Notes under the pieces: model-generated
What the model was told of the DNA's origin: nothing
Seen by the model: only the letters and a program-made list of their open reading frames with translations
Databases searched by the model: none
Program-made: the position numbers and the translations under genes
Assembly (NCBI GenBank): GCA_964588535.1
Contig: CAZPQA010000005.1
Location: 5,177 to 69,176 of the forward strand
Source: an uncultured Desulfobacteraceae bacterium
GTDB lineage: Bacteria; Desulfobacterota; DSM-4660; Desulfatiglandales; Desulfatiglandaceae
Direction of reading: 5' to 3'
Length of the DNA stretch: 64,000 bases
Shown: one piece after another, positions 19,200 to 29,471 of the stretch
Layout of the letters: every line of letters starts with the position of its first letter
Numbering within the stretch: the stretch's first letter is position 1

Positions 19200-20300
19200 T
19201 CAACGATCGTTACCCACCGCAATTTTAATTTCCAACATCCCATTCTTATAAGACCAGGTCATCTGATCGTCCTTTGCTTCGCGGGAGAGGAGAATCTCTT
19301 TTTGATATTTCCTGTTCTTGCCTTCAGCGTTGATATTCAGGATGTCTCCCTTGATTTCAAGCTGAACATCCTTTTCATCGATCCCCGGCATTTCGGCCAC
19401 CACATTAATCTCTTCCGGTTCCTCAAAGATGTCCACGATCGGTTCACGCACCTCTTCCACCACCGGGCCTTTGGGCGTCTTTTTGATATTCCCGAAGGGT
19501 TGAACCGACGGACTGCCGTCGGCCATGGTGCGGACCCTCACACCGTAGACCCCTTTCAGGTCTTTGAGCCCTTTGATCTTGTTAAGTCCACTGAAGTCAA
19601 TTTCGCCCGATTTGGATAGCGCTTCGCCCTTTTCCGCCAGTTTTGAAGCCGTGTCGATAAGGTCGCCCAGCCCTTTAAAAAGGCCTCCAAGACCAAAATC
19701 CACATTTACCCCTGTTTTTTTCTCATCCATGTCTGTTCCCTCCTGTTTTGATTGTTTAGAACCTGTATTCTTTTTCTCCTGTTTACTTATTTCCCAAACC
19801 CCCTCTCTTTCCGTGCAGTTCAGATCGTTTGCTTCAAGAATTGCTTTCAGCCCTTTTACCAGACCGTATCCGGCCAGACTCGAAAGAACAGGGACGGCGC
19901 TCACAACGGATGTGGACAGATTTAATGATGCGCCCGCGATGGTTCCCAGGCCGGCCAGGATGCCCGCAGGCGTAAGGGTCTTCACCATATGGGCGGCAGC
20001 GGCGCTCGAAAAATCATCGGGGTTTTCCCCGATCTCATTCATGAACAGGGTGAAATGATCCCTGTCTTTTTCAGACAGTGCTCGAAATTTGGATATGCCG
20101 ATCAGTTGAATGGCTTTCAGTCGATTCAAAAGGTCCTCCGAGGGGAAGGTCTGTCCGGCTTCGATCCTCATGACCGTACTTCGAGATACGCCGAGTGTTT
20201 TTGCAAGGTCCGCCATGGACATGCTGCCGAATTTCTGGCGTAGTTCTTTGAGGACACTTCCACAGTTTTCACGGGTAACCCATTGGGGCATTTTTTTCAT
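19200..20300 (-). CDS. XRE-HTH domain fused in frame to an archaeal-type Hsp20/GvpH-like domain (internal start at 19730)
   Basis: HTH: MSMADLAKTLGVSRSTVMRIEAG. Alpha-crystallin domain: REPIVDIFEE...VVAEMPG...YKNGMLEI. AGGAGG SD precedes MDEKK. Confidence 0.8.
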   Translation of the reverse strand: MKKMPQWVTRENCGSVLKELRQKFGSMSMADLAKTLGVSRSTVMRIEAGQTFPSEDLLNRLKAIQLIGISKFRALSEKDRDHFTLFMNEIGENPDDFSSAAAAHMVKTLTPAGILAGLGTIAGASLNLSTSVVSAVPVLSSLAGYGLVKGLKAILEANDLNCTEREGVWEISKQEKKNTGSKQSKQEGTDMDEKKTGVNVDFGLGGLFKGLGDLIDTASKLAEKGEALSKSGEIDFSGLNKIKGLKDLKGVYGVRVRTMADGSPSVQPFGNIKKTPKGPVVEEVREPIVDIFEEPEEINVVAEMPGIDEKDVQLEIKGDILNINAEGKNRKYQKEILLSREAKDDQMTWSYKNGMLEIKIAVGNDR

Positions 20301-20573
20301 GGTGAGGATTCCTTCATCCTTCAGTCCGCGTTTTCGGTTGCAAGATGTTGCATGTTGGTCCAAGTAGCGTCAAAGTTAACCATTCGCGACCACGTGTCAA
20401 CATTTTTATCCGGAACCGATACGGCAGGGCGGGCAAATTTTCCCAAACGACTTTGTTTTGACATTTGCTAGCGCTTGTATGAGACTGGAAAGCTGGAAAG
20501 AAGGCGTAATGGTTTGGCGAAGAGGCCCATGGGAAAAAGTAGATGTTGGAAATAGGGTGCTGGGTATTTGGCA

Positions 20574-20830
20574 TCAATCCCCCAGGGCGTCCCTCACGGC
20601 CTTCCCTGACTGATCCATGGCAAAAGGCTTGGTAATGGTGCCGCAAAAACCGTATTCACTGAAATGGGTTATGATCGGATCATTGGAATAAGCACTGGCA
20701 ACAACGGCCTTCACATTGGCGTCGATTTCTTTTAACCTTTTTATGGCATCCCGTCTTCCCCAGCGTCTGGCATGCCAGATTTCTAATTGACTCCTCATCG
20801 TCCATGACCAGGAGCCTGGCGGTCCCCTTA
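20574..20830 (-). pseudogene. Decayed receiver domain detached from the upstream hybrid kinase
   Basis: A shifted frame reads KGTARLLVMDDEESIRNLACQTL, then jumps to DAIKRLKEIDANVKAVVASAYSNDP...KPF. The middle, including the phospho-Asp strand, is missing. Confidence 0.75.
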
Positions 20831-22879
20831 TATTAGATCCCTCTCCAGAGCCCCTGTTTTAGCGATTTCTCCTCCAGAGGCGTTAAGATAAAAGTGAAAT
20901 GATGCCCCTGCACCAAGTTCTGAATCCACTGCAATATGGCCGCCATGCTTCTTGATAATGGAATGGGCCATGGCAAGACCAAGCCCGCTCCCCTTGTCTT
21001 TGGTGGAGAAGTAGGGGTCAAATAGCTTTGGGAGGTGTTTTGTGGATATACCGATCCCCTCATCCTTGACGCACACATGGACATATTTTCCAGATGGGAG
21101 AGGTAAAGCGTCTTTTGTCCATATTATTTTGTTTTCCATCTCAATCTTGATAACCCCACCATCCGGCATTGCCTGATCCGCATTGATGATCAGATTCTGG
21201 ATAACCTGACTGATCTGCCCCACATCGATCTCCGTCGGCCAGATATCTTCCGGGATGGTGAAATTACATCTGACGTTTGACCCCTTCAACACAAAACTGC
21301 TTGACTCTCTGATCACCTCAGGCAGAGATGCGGTCTCCTTGACCAGCGAACCCCCCATGGAAAGCGTCATCAGTTGCTGGATGATACTCTTGGCCCTATG
21401 GGACGCAGTTTCAGCGTCATTCAGGGCTTCATAGGCCTCAGATGCCGGGTCCATAGCCATTTTTACAAACGAAATATTGCCCATAATGGTTGTCAGGATG
21501 TTATTGAAGTCATGGCCGAGACCGCCTGCAAGGATTCCCAGGGATTCAAGCTTTTCCACTTTAAGACGCTCTTCCTCCAGTTTATGCCTTTCTGTATTGT
21601 CATTTACCATCAGGAGTAGGCCCCCTGAGGAGAAAGGGACAAGATAAGCGTCAACTTTGACTTCCTTTCCAAAAGTTGATTCAACTACCAAATCATGACG
21701 TTTGATGGACTGTTGTTCGACTGCACTCTTTGCCTTTTCAAGAAACCCGGACTCTTCCCACGATTCAATATTGTTATAGTTTTGTTGAAGGACCTTCTCT
21801 TTTGTAGTGCCAATAATCTTTGCTAATGAATCATTTGCCTCCATACATTGCCCAGACGCATCATAAATTGATATGCCAACCGGTGATTCAGAAATGATAT
21901 TTCGATATACCTCCTGGCTCTCCCGCAGCGCCTCCTTAGCCTTTTTGAGCTCAGTAATGTCTAGGAGTTGCCCCATAGTGGCTATGGTCTTTCCCCTGTC
22001 ATCATGGATCGCCGAAACGGTTATACTCCCCCACACAATATGTCCATCTTTATGAACGTAACGTTTTTCCATAGCAAAGCCGTTGCTTTCGCCCGTCCAT
22101 AATTTTTCTACAATATCATTCCTTTGAACCACTTCGTCAGAATAAGAAATGTCTCGGATCGTCATGGAGAGCAATTCCTCTCGGGTATAACCCAGAATCT
22201 GGGACATACTACGATTGACTTCCAGATACCGACCATCTCGATCAGTAAGTACCTTGCCGAGCGCTGAATCCTCAAACATACTGCGGAACTTCTCTTCACT
22301 CTCCTTAATCGTTGCTACAGTTCGCTTGAGGTTGTCTATGTGGCTCAGCACTCCTCGAAATCGTGTGAGTTCGCCATCATCATCCTTTATGACTATGGAC
22401 TTCAATTGGCCATAAAATTGAGTGCCATCCTCTCTTGCGAGTCTTAGTTCACAACTTTCCCTGATCTTTGTTTCAAAAAGCCTTTTACGGTGTAAGTAAA
22501 AGGAGTCCTGGTCATCCCTGGTGATAAAATCGGAGAAAGGCCTGCCTATCAACAACATTCTCTCCACGCCAAGCATAGCGGCACCCGTGAGATTTCCCTC
22601 CAGAATCACTCCCTTATCACTGATGGTGAAATAACCGACCGGGGCATAGTCATAGAGCTCGGAATACTTATCCCGTGCCTCTTCCAGTTCACGTTGTGCC
22701 CGGCGGAGTTCCTCGTTCTGCATCTCCAGTTCTACCTGGTGAATCTGCAGATCCTCGACCAGAGCCTTCACGTCCTTGGGCTGCATTTTGCTGATGTATG
22801 AAGGGTTCTTATTCACGAATTCTTCAGCCTTTTTTCGCATTGTGTCAGATTGCTTTGATTTGGCTTTTTTCCCTTTCAT
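20828..22879 (-). CDS. Multi-PAS sensor histidine kinase
   Basis: ELEMQNEEL coiled coil, three PAS-like blocks, H-box GHDFNNIL, NLIINADQAM and FSTKDKGSGLGL. Confidence 0.93.
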   Translation of the reverse strand: MKGKKAKSKQSDTMRKKAEEFVNKNPSYISKMQPKDVKALVEDLQIHQVELEMQNEELRRAQRELEEARDKYSELYDYAPVGYFTISDKGVILEGNLTGAAMLGVERMLLIGRPFSDFITRDDQDSFYLHRKRLFETKIRESCELRLAREDGTQFYGQLKSIVIKDDDGELTRFRGVLSHIDNLKRTVATIKESEEKFRSMFEDSALGKVLTDRDGRYLEVNRSMSQILGYTREELLSMTIRDISYSDEVVQRNDIVEKLWTGESNGFAMEKRYVHKDGHIVWGSITVSAIHDDRGKTIATMGQLLDITELKKAKEALRESQEVYRNIISESPVGISIYDASGQCMEANDSLAKIIGTTKEKVLQQNYNNIESWEESGFLEKAKSAVEQQSIKRHDLVVESTFGKEVKVDAYLVPFSSGGLLLMVNDNTERHKLEEERLKVEKLESLGILAGGLGHDFNNILTTIMGNISFVKMAMDPASEAYEALNDAETASHRAKSIIQQLMTLSMGGSLVKETASLPEVIRESSSFVLKGSNVRCNFTIPEDIWPTEIDVGQISQVIQNLIINADQAMPDGGVIKIEMENKIIWTKDALPLPSGKYVHVCVKDEGIGISTKHLPKLFDPYFSTKDKGSGLGLAMAHSIIKKHGGHIAVDSELGAGASFHFYLNASGGEIAKTGALERDLI

Positions 22880-23252
22880 CGCCTCTCCTCGTCAACTGTT
22901 TGTTCAAAAGCCCGGGCTCACCGTTATACAAAGGAATTTAAGTTAAAAAAAGGCTCTTTGACAACATTGGCAACATCTATTGGGGCGGAGTGATAAGATT
23001 TTGCCTTTTTAAAGGTCGACTATAGGGAAAACCGGATTGTAGATCAAGAAAAATGGACCACAACATGTGTGGTATTGGTCTGGAAAGCATCAAACGTATT
23101 TTCAGAGAGGTCGGGATCCCCACCCCCGTTCTTCCCTTGACATCCCTATCTTAGCTGGAGTAGCATTTTTTGAGCTCTACCACCGATGCCTGACTTATCT
23201 TAAGATATCCAATGATTGAGAGCAGTTGTACCAGCCTCCAGAGGCGATAAAT

Positions 23253-25538
23253 ATGCCTGAAAAAAACATCCTGATTGCCGATGACGAAGATTTAATCCGT
23301 AAGATGCTCATTAGATTGCTTAACGATGAGGGCCACCGGTTCTTTGAGGCATCCAATGGAAAAGAGGCAGTGGAGGTTGTACAAAACCAGCCGATCGATC
23401 TGGCAATTATAGATATAGTCATGCCGGAAATGAACGGGATCAAAGCCTTGAAGCGGATCAAAGAGATAGACAATACGATAGAGGTTTTGATGATTACCGG
23501 GAAGATACAAGTTGAATTGTTGAGGGAGATCATTTTCGAGCATGGTGCTTTCGATTACATTCTCAAACCGTTTATTATTGATGAACTTAAGCTCACGATT
23601 CAGAAGGCACTGCACAACAGAAAATTAATTCTAAAAGGCGGGTTTCTTAAGAAGGAGTTAGAGAATCGCGTCTTTGAATTGGAAAGGGATTTCAAAAAGA
23701 GGACGTATGAGTTGAGGAGATCCCAGATCAAGTACAGGGGTCTTATCGAAAACTCAACTGATGCCATCGTGGTAACCCAGGACGGACACATAAAATTTGC
23801 AAATAGCGTGGCCAGTAAATTGACAGGCTATTCCACGAAAGAGATGTTGAGTATTCCTTTTGTCGAAATACTTTACCCTGATGACATCGCCGAGACAGTG
23901 GAAAGATACAATAAACGATTAAAGGGTGAGGACATATCCAGCATCTCTACTTTCAGGGTAATGAGAAAGGACGGGAGTTTTTTCTGGGTTGAAAACAATG
24001 CGGTAAGAACCTTGTGGGGAGAGAAACCGGCCGTTTTGAATATGGTGAGAGATCTATCCGAGCGCATTGACCTCCAGGACGCATTAGGCGTGCAGACCCA
24101 CAAACTCAATGAGCGCGTCAAGGAGATCACCTGCCTCTTCCGTATTTCTGAATTGGCACAGAACCCGGGCCTTTCGGAGAAAGAGATCAATCAGGAGATC
24201 GCGAACCTCATTCCTCAAGCCATGCAGTATCCGGAAATTGCCTGCGCCAGGATCATCTCAGATGATCAGGAGTTCAAAACCGATAATTTCAGAGAAACCC
24301 CCTGGAAACTTATTTACCCCATCAATATTGATGACAGACATCCAGGAACTTTAGAGGTCCGTTACTTAGAAAAAAAGCCGAATTTCGACAAAGGGCCATT
24401 TCTAAATGAGGAACGGATGATGTTCAAGGTGATTGCTGAGCGAATTGAAAGGATCGCCCGCCGCATTCGAACCGAGAAGAATGTGAAAATAAAGGATCAG
24501 GCCTTAGGTGCATCCATCAGTGGTATCGGCCTTGCAGATCTTCAAGGGAATATAACATATGTGAATCCGGCATTTCTCAAGATGTGGGGATATTCAGATG
24601 AGGAGGAGGTTGTTGGGGAATCGCTTCAAAGATTCACATATGAAGAAGGAAAATCTACAGAAATGATTGAGAGATTGTTCTCAACAGGGTTCTATGTAGA
24701 TCAAATCACCGCGATCAGAAAAGACGGGTCATTATTTGATGCTCAGATTTCCGCAAACATGGTTACAGATAAGTCGAACGGACCGATCTACATGATGGGT
24801 TCATTCCTTGACATTACACAACAGAAAATGGCCGAGCGGTTAATGATGCGGGCGGAGAAGCTTTCCTCTTTAGGGCAACTTTCGGCAGGTCTTGCCCACG
24901 AGCTGCGAAATCCATTGGCAGTGGTCAGTTCCTGCTCTCAATTCTGTCTTGAGAATATGAAGCTTGAACGTCTCGTGCGTAAGAACTTTCAGGTCATATA
25001 CCGGAACAGCCAGCGGGCCAGTAAACTCATCTCTGAGCTGTTGGTCTTTGCAAGACCGGATCAGTTAGAGTATAACGAGGTGGACATCAACGAGTTGTTG
25101 ATAGACGTATTGCAAATGACCAAACTTGAGGTGGACCCCTCCCATGTCAGCCTTGTACGTTATCTGAAAAAAGGGCTTCCAAAGATCATGGGAGATAAAG
25201 AGAAATTAAGTCAGGTCTTCCTTAATCTTATTCAGAACGCCATTCAAGCGGTCTCAAGCGGGGGGAAGATCAGCCTTAAATCGCAATTTATGGCAGCAGA
25301 TGATATGTTGGAAGTGAGGGTCAGCGATAACGGGCCCGGTATCCCGGAAGAGTACCGCGAGAAAGTTTTTGATCCGTTCTTTACCACTAAAGACGGAGGC
25401 ACCGGTCTGGGGTTGAGCATCTGCAATTCGATCGTGGCACAGCATCGGGGAATCCTAAAAATCGAAAATGATGAAGAAGGGAGAACCCAGGTCCTGGTGA
25501 GGCTGCCGGTGAAACAAGAAACGACAAAAGGAGTATGA
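23253..25538 (+). CDS. Hybrid REC-PAS-PAS histidine kinase
   Basis: LIADDE, IIDIVMP, H-box AHELRNPL and [13 protein letters not shown]. Start placed at MPEKN. Confidence 0.93.
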   Translation: MPEKNILIADDEDLIRKMLIRLLNDEGHRFFEASNGKEAVEVVQNQPIDLAIIDIVMPEMNGIKALKRIKEIDNTIEVLMITGKIQVELLREIIFEHGAFDYILKPFIIDELKLTIQKALHNRKLILKGGFLKKELENRVFELERDFKKRTYELRRSQIKYRGLIENSTDAIVVTQDGHIKFANSVASKLTGYSTKEMLSIPFVEILYPDDIAETVERYNKRLKGEDISSISTFRVMRKDGSFFWVENNAVRTLWGEKPAVLNMVRDLSERIDLQDALGVQTHKLNERVKEITCLFRISELAQNPGLSEKEINQEIANLIPQAMQYPEIACARIISDDQEFKTDNFRETPWKLIYPINIDDRHPGTLEVRYLEKKPNFDKGPFLNEERMMFKVIAERIERIARRIRTEKNVKIKDQALGASISGIGLADLQGNITYVNPAFLKMWGYSDEEEVVGESLQRFTYEEGKSTEMIERLFSTGFYVDQITAIRKDGSLFDAQISANMVTDKSNGPIYMMGSFLDITQQKMAERLMMRAEKLSSLGQLSAGLAHELRNPLAVVSSCSQFCLENMKLERLVRKNFQVIYRNSQRASKLISELLVFARPDQLEYNEVDINELLIDVLQMTKLEVDPSHVSLVRYLKKGLPKIMGDKEKLSQVFLNLIQNAIQAVSSGGKISLKSQFMAADDMLEVRVSDNGPGIPEEYREKVFDPFFTTKDGGTGLGLSICNSIVAQHRGILKIENDEEGRTQVLVRLPVKQETTKGV

Positions 25539-25623
25539 CAATGCCTGCTGAGCAGTAAACCATGCTTCAAAAGAAGATACTGCTTCAATTTCGGAAATTC
25601 CGGGGACATCTTATGATAAGTAA

Positions 25624-25783
25624 GGGTCTCGGCAAAAAATAAATGCGCAAGATTGCGCCGTATTTCGGTTCGTATACAAGGCGCATCCACCGGTGCATAT
25701 TAGTGGATATGTGCCGGTGGATGCAACGCAGTAGACGGACCAAAGGACAAGCCAGATTGTGTGTTTATTTTTTGCCGAGGCCC
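25624..25783. mobile_element. MITE, 160 bp, copy 1
   Basis: TIRs GGGtCTCGGCAAAAAATAA / TTATTTTTTGCCGAGgCCC, flanked by a TAA direct repeat. Homologous copy at 51367. Confidence 0.85.
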
Positions 25784-25940
25784 TAAAGTCAAGAGAAAAC
25801 TGTCCCCGGAATTCCTCTCGCTCCCCCTGATCCAGTCTGGCAACGCACAGGAGGTTGTAACGACAACCGAGTATCGACTTTTCGTTGACTTGACCATTCT
25901 AATTGACTACTATGCTTCAGTGTGGAAAGGGGGAGATTTC

Positions 25941-26174
25941 ATGGAAACCATGGGCATAAGTCAATTCAAGGCACACGCATTGAAGGTATTGGATCGAGTT
26001 GCTAAATCACAAGTGGGGATTATTGTAACAAAACGGGGCAAACCGCTTGCTCAGGTTATCCCGTACCGCAGCTCGGAAATGAAACCTGAACCCGGTAAGC
26101 TCGCGGACTATCTTGTCTTCGAAAAAGATATTGTCACCCCCCTTGGTGATGATATGTGGGATGCCTGCAAATGA
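25941..26174 (+). CDS. Phd/YefM-family antitoxin
   Basis: MGISQFKAHALKVLDRV...IIVTKRGKPLAQV; ATGA overlap with the toxin gene. Confidence 0.9.
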   Translation: METMGISQFKAHALKVLDRVAKSQVGIIVTKRGKPLAQVIPYRSSEMKPEPGKLADYLVFEKDIVTPLGDDMWDACK

Positions 26175-26569
26175 AATATCTGCTCGATACACATGCCTGG
26201 GTCTGGTGGTACATGAACCCTCAGAAATTGTCGCGTCGGGTGACGAATTTAATAGGGGATACAACCCGGTACGACGAACTCCTTCTGTCCGCAATTTCGC
26301 CCTGGGAATTCTGCAAGCTTCTTGAAAAGGGAAGGATTGCCATTTCCTGTAGTCCGGAAGACTGGCTGAATGCAGCTTTTGACCTGCCCAAGTTCAGGCT
26401 GGTTCCTCTTTCTCCTGTACTTGCTTACCGTTCGACCGTGTTACCGCAGCCTTTCCACAATGACCCCGCAGATCAGATTATCGCTGCAACAGCCCTGCAG
26501 GAAAATGCCGCCATTCTCACCAAAGACAGAAACATCCTCGAATATGAATACGTCAAGAGCCTTTGGTGA
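26171..26569 (+). CDS. vapC: VapC/PIN toxin
   Basis: Motifs YLLDTHAWVW, SAISPWE and HNDPADQIIAATA. Confidence 0.92.
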   Translation: MKYLLDTHAWVWWYMNPQKLSRRVTNLIGDTTRYDELLLSAISPWEFCKLLEKGRIAISCSPEDWLNAAFDLPKFRLVPLSPVLAYRSTVLPQPFHNDPADQIIAATALQENAAILTKDRNILEYEYVKSLW

Positions 26570-26649
26570 ATCCCCTTATTTCCACGCTCCAGTGGCAGTT
26601 CTGACAGCCGCCCAAAAGAAGGGGTCCGTCAATTAGGGCTTCGCATGAT

Positions 26650-29451
26650 TTATTCCATCCGCAAATGAATTCCAGAGGGTAGGGATTCCCCGAACATCCG
26701 GGTTTCCTCCAGATGGGCCAGCGGAACCACTTCCTTGAGAACACGGATATGTGAGGTTGCCCATTCGTGGGGTGAAAGCCAATGGATAACGTCTTGAATG
26801 ACCTCGGGATCCAGGTCCCGTTTTCGATCTCCGGTGAGCCGTGCCATCTGGGACAGGGCCATTCCCACGGGTCGAGGGTCTTTCCAGTTTTGACTCAGGA
26901 TGGTTTTGATCCATGCGGTCACCAGCCCGGGAGAAATGACCCGATCAATGGGGCCGTAAAGGGGTTCCCGCGCACCGATCCTGGAGAGGGACCACCAATG
27001 CTGAGGTCGGGATTTTTTTGGGTGAAGTTTTTTGACCAACTGTTTGCCCCTGGCGCTCTTGTCATCTTTGGAAAGTCGTTCCAGATTGGCCAATGTCATC
27101 CATAGTTCCATTTCTTCCTGGGGTGCCAGATTGGGTTTTTTCCCGCCTTTCCCAGGCTTTACCAAAGATGAAATAGTCAAGAATATCTGGCGCTGCTGGC
27201 TTGCGGAAAGGCCCCCTGCAATCCGGCGCCACAAAACCCACCATTCTGACCGCACCTGAACGTTCCTGGTATGAAACGGCCCAGTATGGAAAGATTTCCA
27301 CAATTTTTCCATACGGTGTTCGTCCAGGGCATCCCCGAACCCGGGCCTCATGCAGAATCCGATCAGGTTGAGCCAACGGCTTTCGTATTCAATGCCGCGT
27401 TTGCAGGATGAGTCCAGACTCATGAGCTCATCGGCCATTCGGCGAATAAATTCGAGAGGCCATTTTTCCTTTGGCGTGTTGACCGTTTGGGTGATGTCTT
27501 TGATGAGGCGAGGGGCTTTGGTTTTGGCTGGCTTTCCGGAGAAGGTGTCCCTGATCTCTGAAATAACCTCATTTACAAGGGATTCTTCAAATACCTCCCT
27601 GTCTGATACTTCGACAGGCTGCTCTATGGTGCGCAGCTGAAACTGGAAACGCCAGCGGTGAGGGCTTTTCAAAGATTGGCACCACAAGGCGAGTGTTCCC
27701 ATTTCGGTGTAATGGGCCGCCACTTTGACGGGGATGGAGACGCCCCCTTTGGCTTTTTTCCCGAATTTGATCACCGTGTGAAGGGGTGGGAGGGTTGTCA
27801 GTGTTTCGTCCACGGGGATGACATCGCCCACCGCATCTCCTGAGCGATAGCTGGAACTGTACAGGTGGAACCGGACCGGCTGGTTGGCCAGAACGGAAAA
27901 ATGCTTGTCATGGAGTTCGTTCCGGGTTCCCTCGGGCATGCCCCGTTCCACCAGACAGATGGCCGTCTCAGGGTCATGAGGATCGTTTTTTTCATTTGCG
28001 GACGTTTCTTCGGAAAGGTGAACGCCCAGGTAGTAGCCCCTGGCACTGCCGCTGTCCACCTGAACGCCGTATCCCTTCCGGACCCGCCCGTAATAGGATG
28101 CGCCCAGGGCTACCGCAATATCCAGATCCGGGTTTGCCAACACCCTCGGCGGGGAATCTTCTGTATTATGAAACCGAGTGGAGACGGCGGCCCGGATACG
28201 CTCCTGAAGGATGGCGGGTTTGAGGGCTGCGCCGTTAAACATGATCAGGTCCGGTTCAATGGAATCTCGATTAAGGGATTCTTTTAAGTCTTCTCGATGC
28301 TGTTCCAGAAACCGGATCAAATGCCGTGTGATGGCAGGGTCCTGGGCATAGGGAAGACCGAACTCCGTCATGCCTTGACGCGGTTTCAGGTGGAGCGGTT
28401 CGTCAGGGTAGACCAGAGGAAAGAACCCGTCCAGAATAACCTCTTCCACATCCGAACGATTAAGTTTGCTGGTTTTGGTGTCAGCAATCAGTTTGCGGCC
28501 TTCACCGATGAGGGTGATGGTTTTATCATCTTCAAGCCCCCCCAGTATGTCTTCTTTGGCCTGGCGACACTGGTTGCACAGGGACTGCCAGTGACCCATG
28601 CTCAATTTTTTCTTTTGCTTGCCCTGAAGCCGGCCCTCCGAGAGATGGGCCAGGGCCAGGTCCATGTTGTCCCCGCCGAGAATCAGGTGATCCCCCACGG
28701 CAATCCTTTCAAATACAGGCTTTCCGTCTTTTTCCCGTAGCGTGATGAGGGTGAAATCCGTGGTGCCCCCGCCCACATCGCAGATCAGAATCAGTTCCCC
28801 CGGGTCTACCAGTTGATCCCACTTTTGTTCGTTAATATTCAGCCAGCTGTAAAAGGCCGCCAGCGGTTCTTCAAGCAGGGTGATGTTGGGGATACCGGCT
28901 TTTGTGGCCGCTTCAACGGTCAGGTCCCGGGCCACTTCGTCAAAGGAAGCGGGAACAGTAATGACCACACCCTGGTTTTCAAGCCAGGCGCTTTCATCCT
29001 CGCCAACGTGATGGTTCCAGGCATCTTTAATATGTTTCAGAAAGGCGGATGTAACGGTGATGGGAGAGCGTTTTTGCGCTGGGTCATCTGCACCCCACGG
29101 CAGGATGGGGGCATGCCGATCCGCCTTTTCGTGACAGAGCCATGATTTGGCGGAGGAGATCATCCGGTTGGGGGATTTTGCGCCTTGCTCCCGCGCCAGG
29201 ATCCCCACAAAACCCGCTTTATTTGCCTTGCTCCACGGCAGGGCCAGGGCGTCAACCGGAAACTCGTGTGGCCCTGGCAGGTAGAGAAAGGACGGCAGCA
29301 CCTTGGCCTTTGATGTTTCACCCGAACCCGTGATTTGCGGGATTTCAAAATGGTGGATAACCGGTTCGGATCTTTCCTGGTTCAGCACGGGATCGATATA
29401 GGTGACGGCGGAATTGGTGGTGCCGAGGTCTATTCCGATGATATATTTCAT
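26650..29451 (-). CDS. Atypical Hsp70-family protein, long type with C-terminal DUF3731-like domain
   Basis: Hsp70 ATPase motifs plus WLNLIGFCMRPGFGDALD, WRRIAGGL, RIGAREPLYG and FGESLPSG. Confidence 0.92.
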   Translation of the reverse strand: MKYIIGIDLGTTNSAVTYIDPVLNQERSEPVIHHFEIPQITGSGETSKAKVLPSFLYLPGPHEFPVDALALPWSKANKAGFVGILAREQGAKSPNRMISSAKSWLCHEKADRHAPILPWGADDPAQKRSPITVTSAFLKHIKDAWNHHVGEDESAWLENQGVVITVPASFDEVARDLTVEAATKAGIPNITLLEEPLAAFYSWLNINEQKWDQLVDPGELILICDVGGGTTDFTLITLREKDGKPVFERIAVGDHLILGGDNMDLALAHLSEGRLQGKQKKKLSMGHWQSLCNQCRQAKEDILGGLEDDKTITLIGEGRKLIADTKTSKLNRSDVEEVILDGFFPLVYPDEPLHLKPRQGMTEFGLPYAQDPAITRHLIRFLEQHREDLKESLNRDSIEPDLIMFNGAALKPAILQERIRAAVSTRFHNTEDSPPRVLANPDLDIAVALGASYYGRVRKGYGVQVDSGSARGYYLGVHLSEETSANEKNDPHDPETAICLVERGMPEGTRNELHDKHFSVLANQPVRFHLYSSSYRSGDAVGDVIPVDETLTTLPPLHTVIKFGKKAKGGVSIPVKVAAHYTEMGTLALWCQSLKSPHRWRFQFQLRTIEQPVEVSDREVFEESLVNEVISEIRDTFSGKPAKTKAPRLIKDITQTVNTPKEKWPLEFIRRMADELMSLDSSCKRGIEYESRWLNLIGFCMRPGFGDALDEHRMEKLWKSFHTGPFHTRNVQVRSEWWVLWRRIAGGLSASQQRQIFLTISSLVKPGKGGKKPNLAPQEEMELWMTLANLERLSKDDKSARGKQLVKKLHPKKSRPQHWWSLSRIGAREPLYGPIDRVISPGLVTAWIKTILSQNWKDPRPVGMALSQMARLTGDRKRDLDPEVIQDVIHWLSPHEWATSHIRVLKEVVPLAHLEETRMFGESLPSGIHLRME

Positions 29452-29471
29452 AAGCTAGTTCCGGGGGACTT

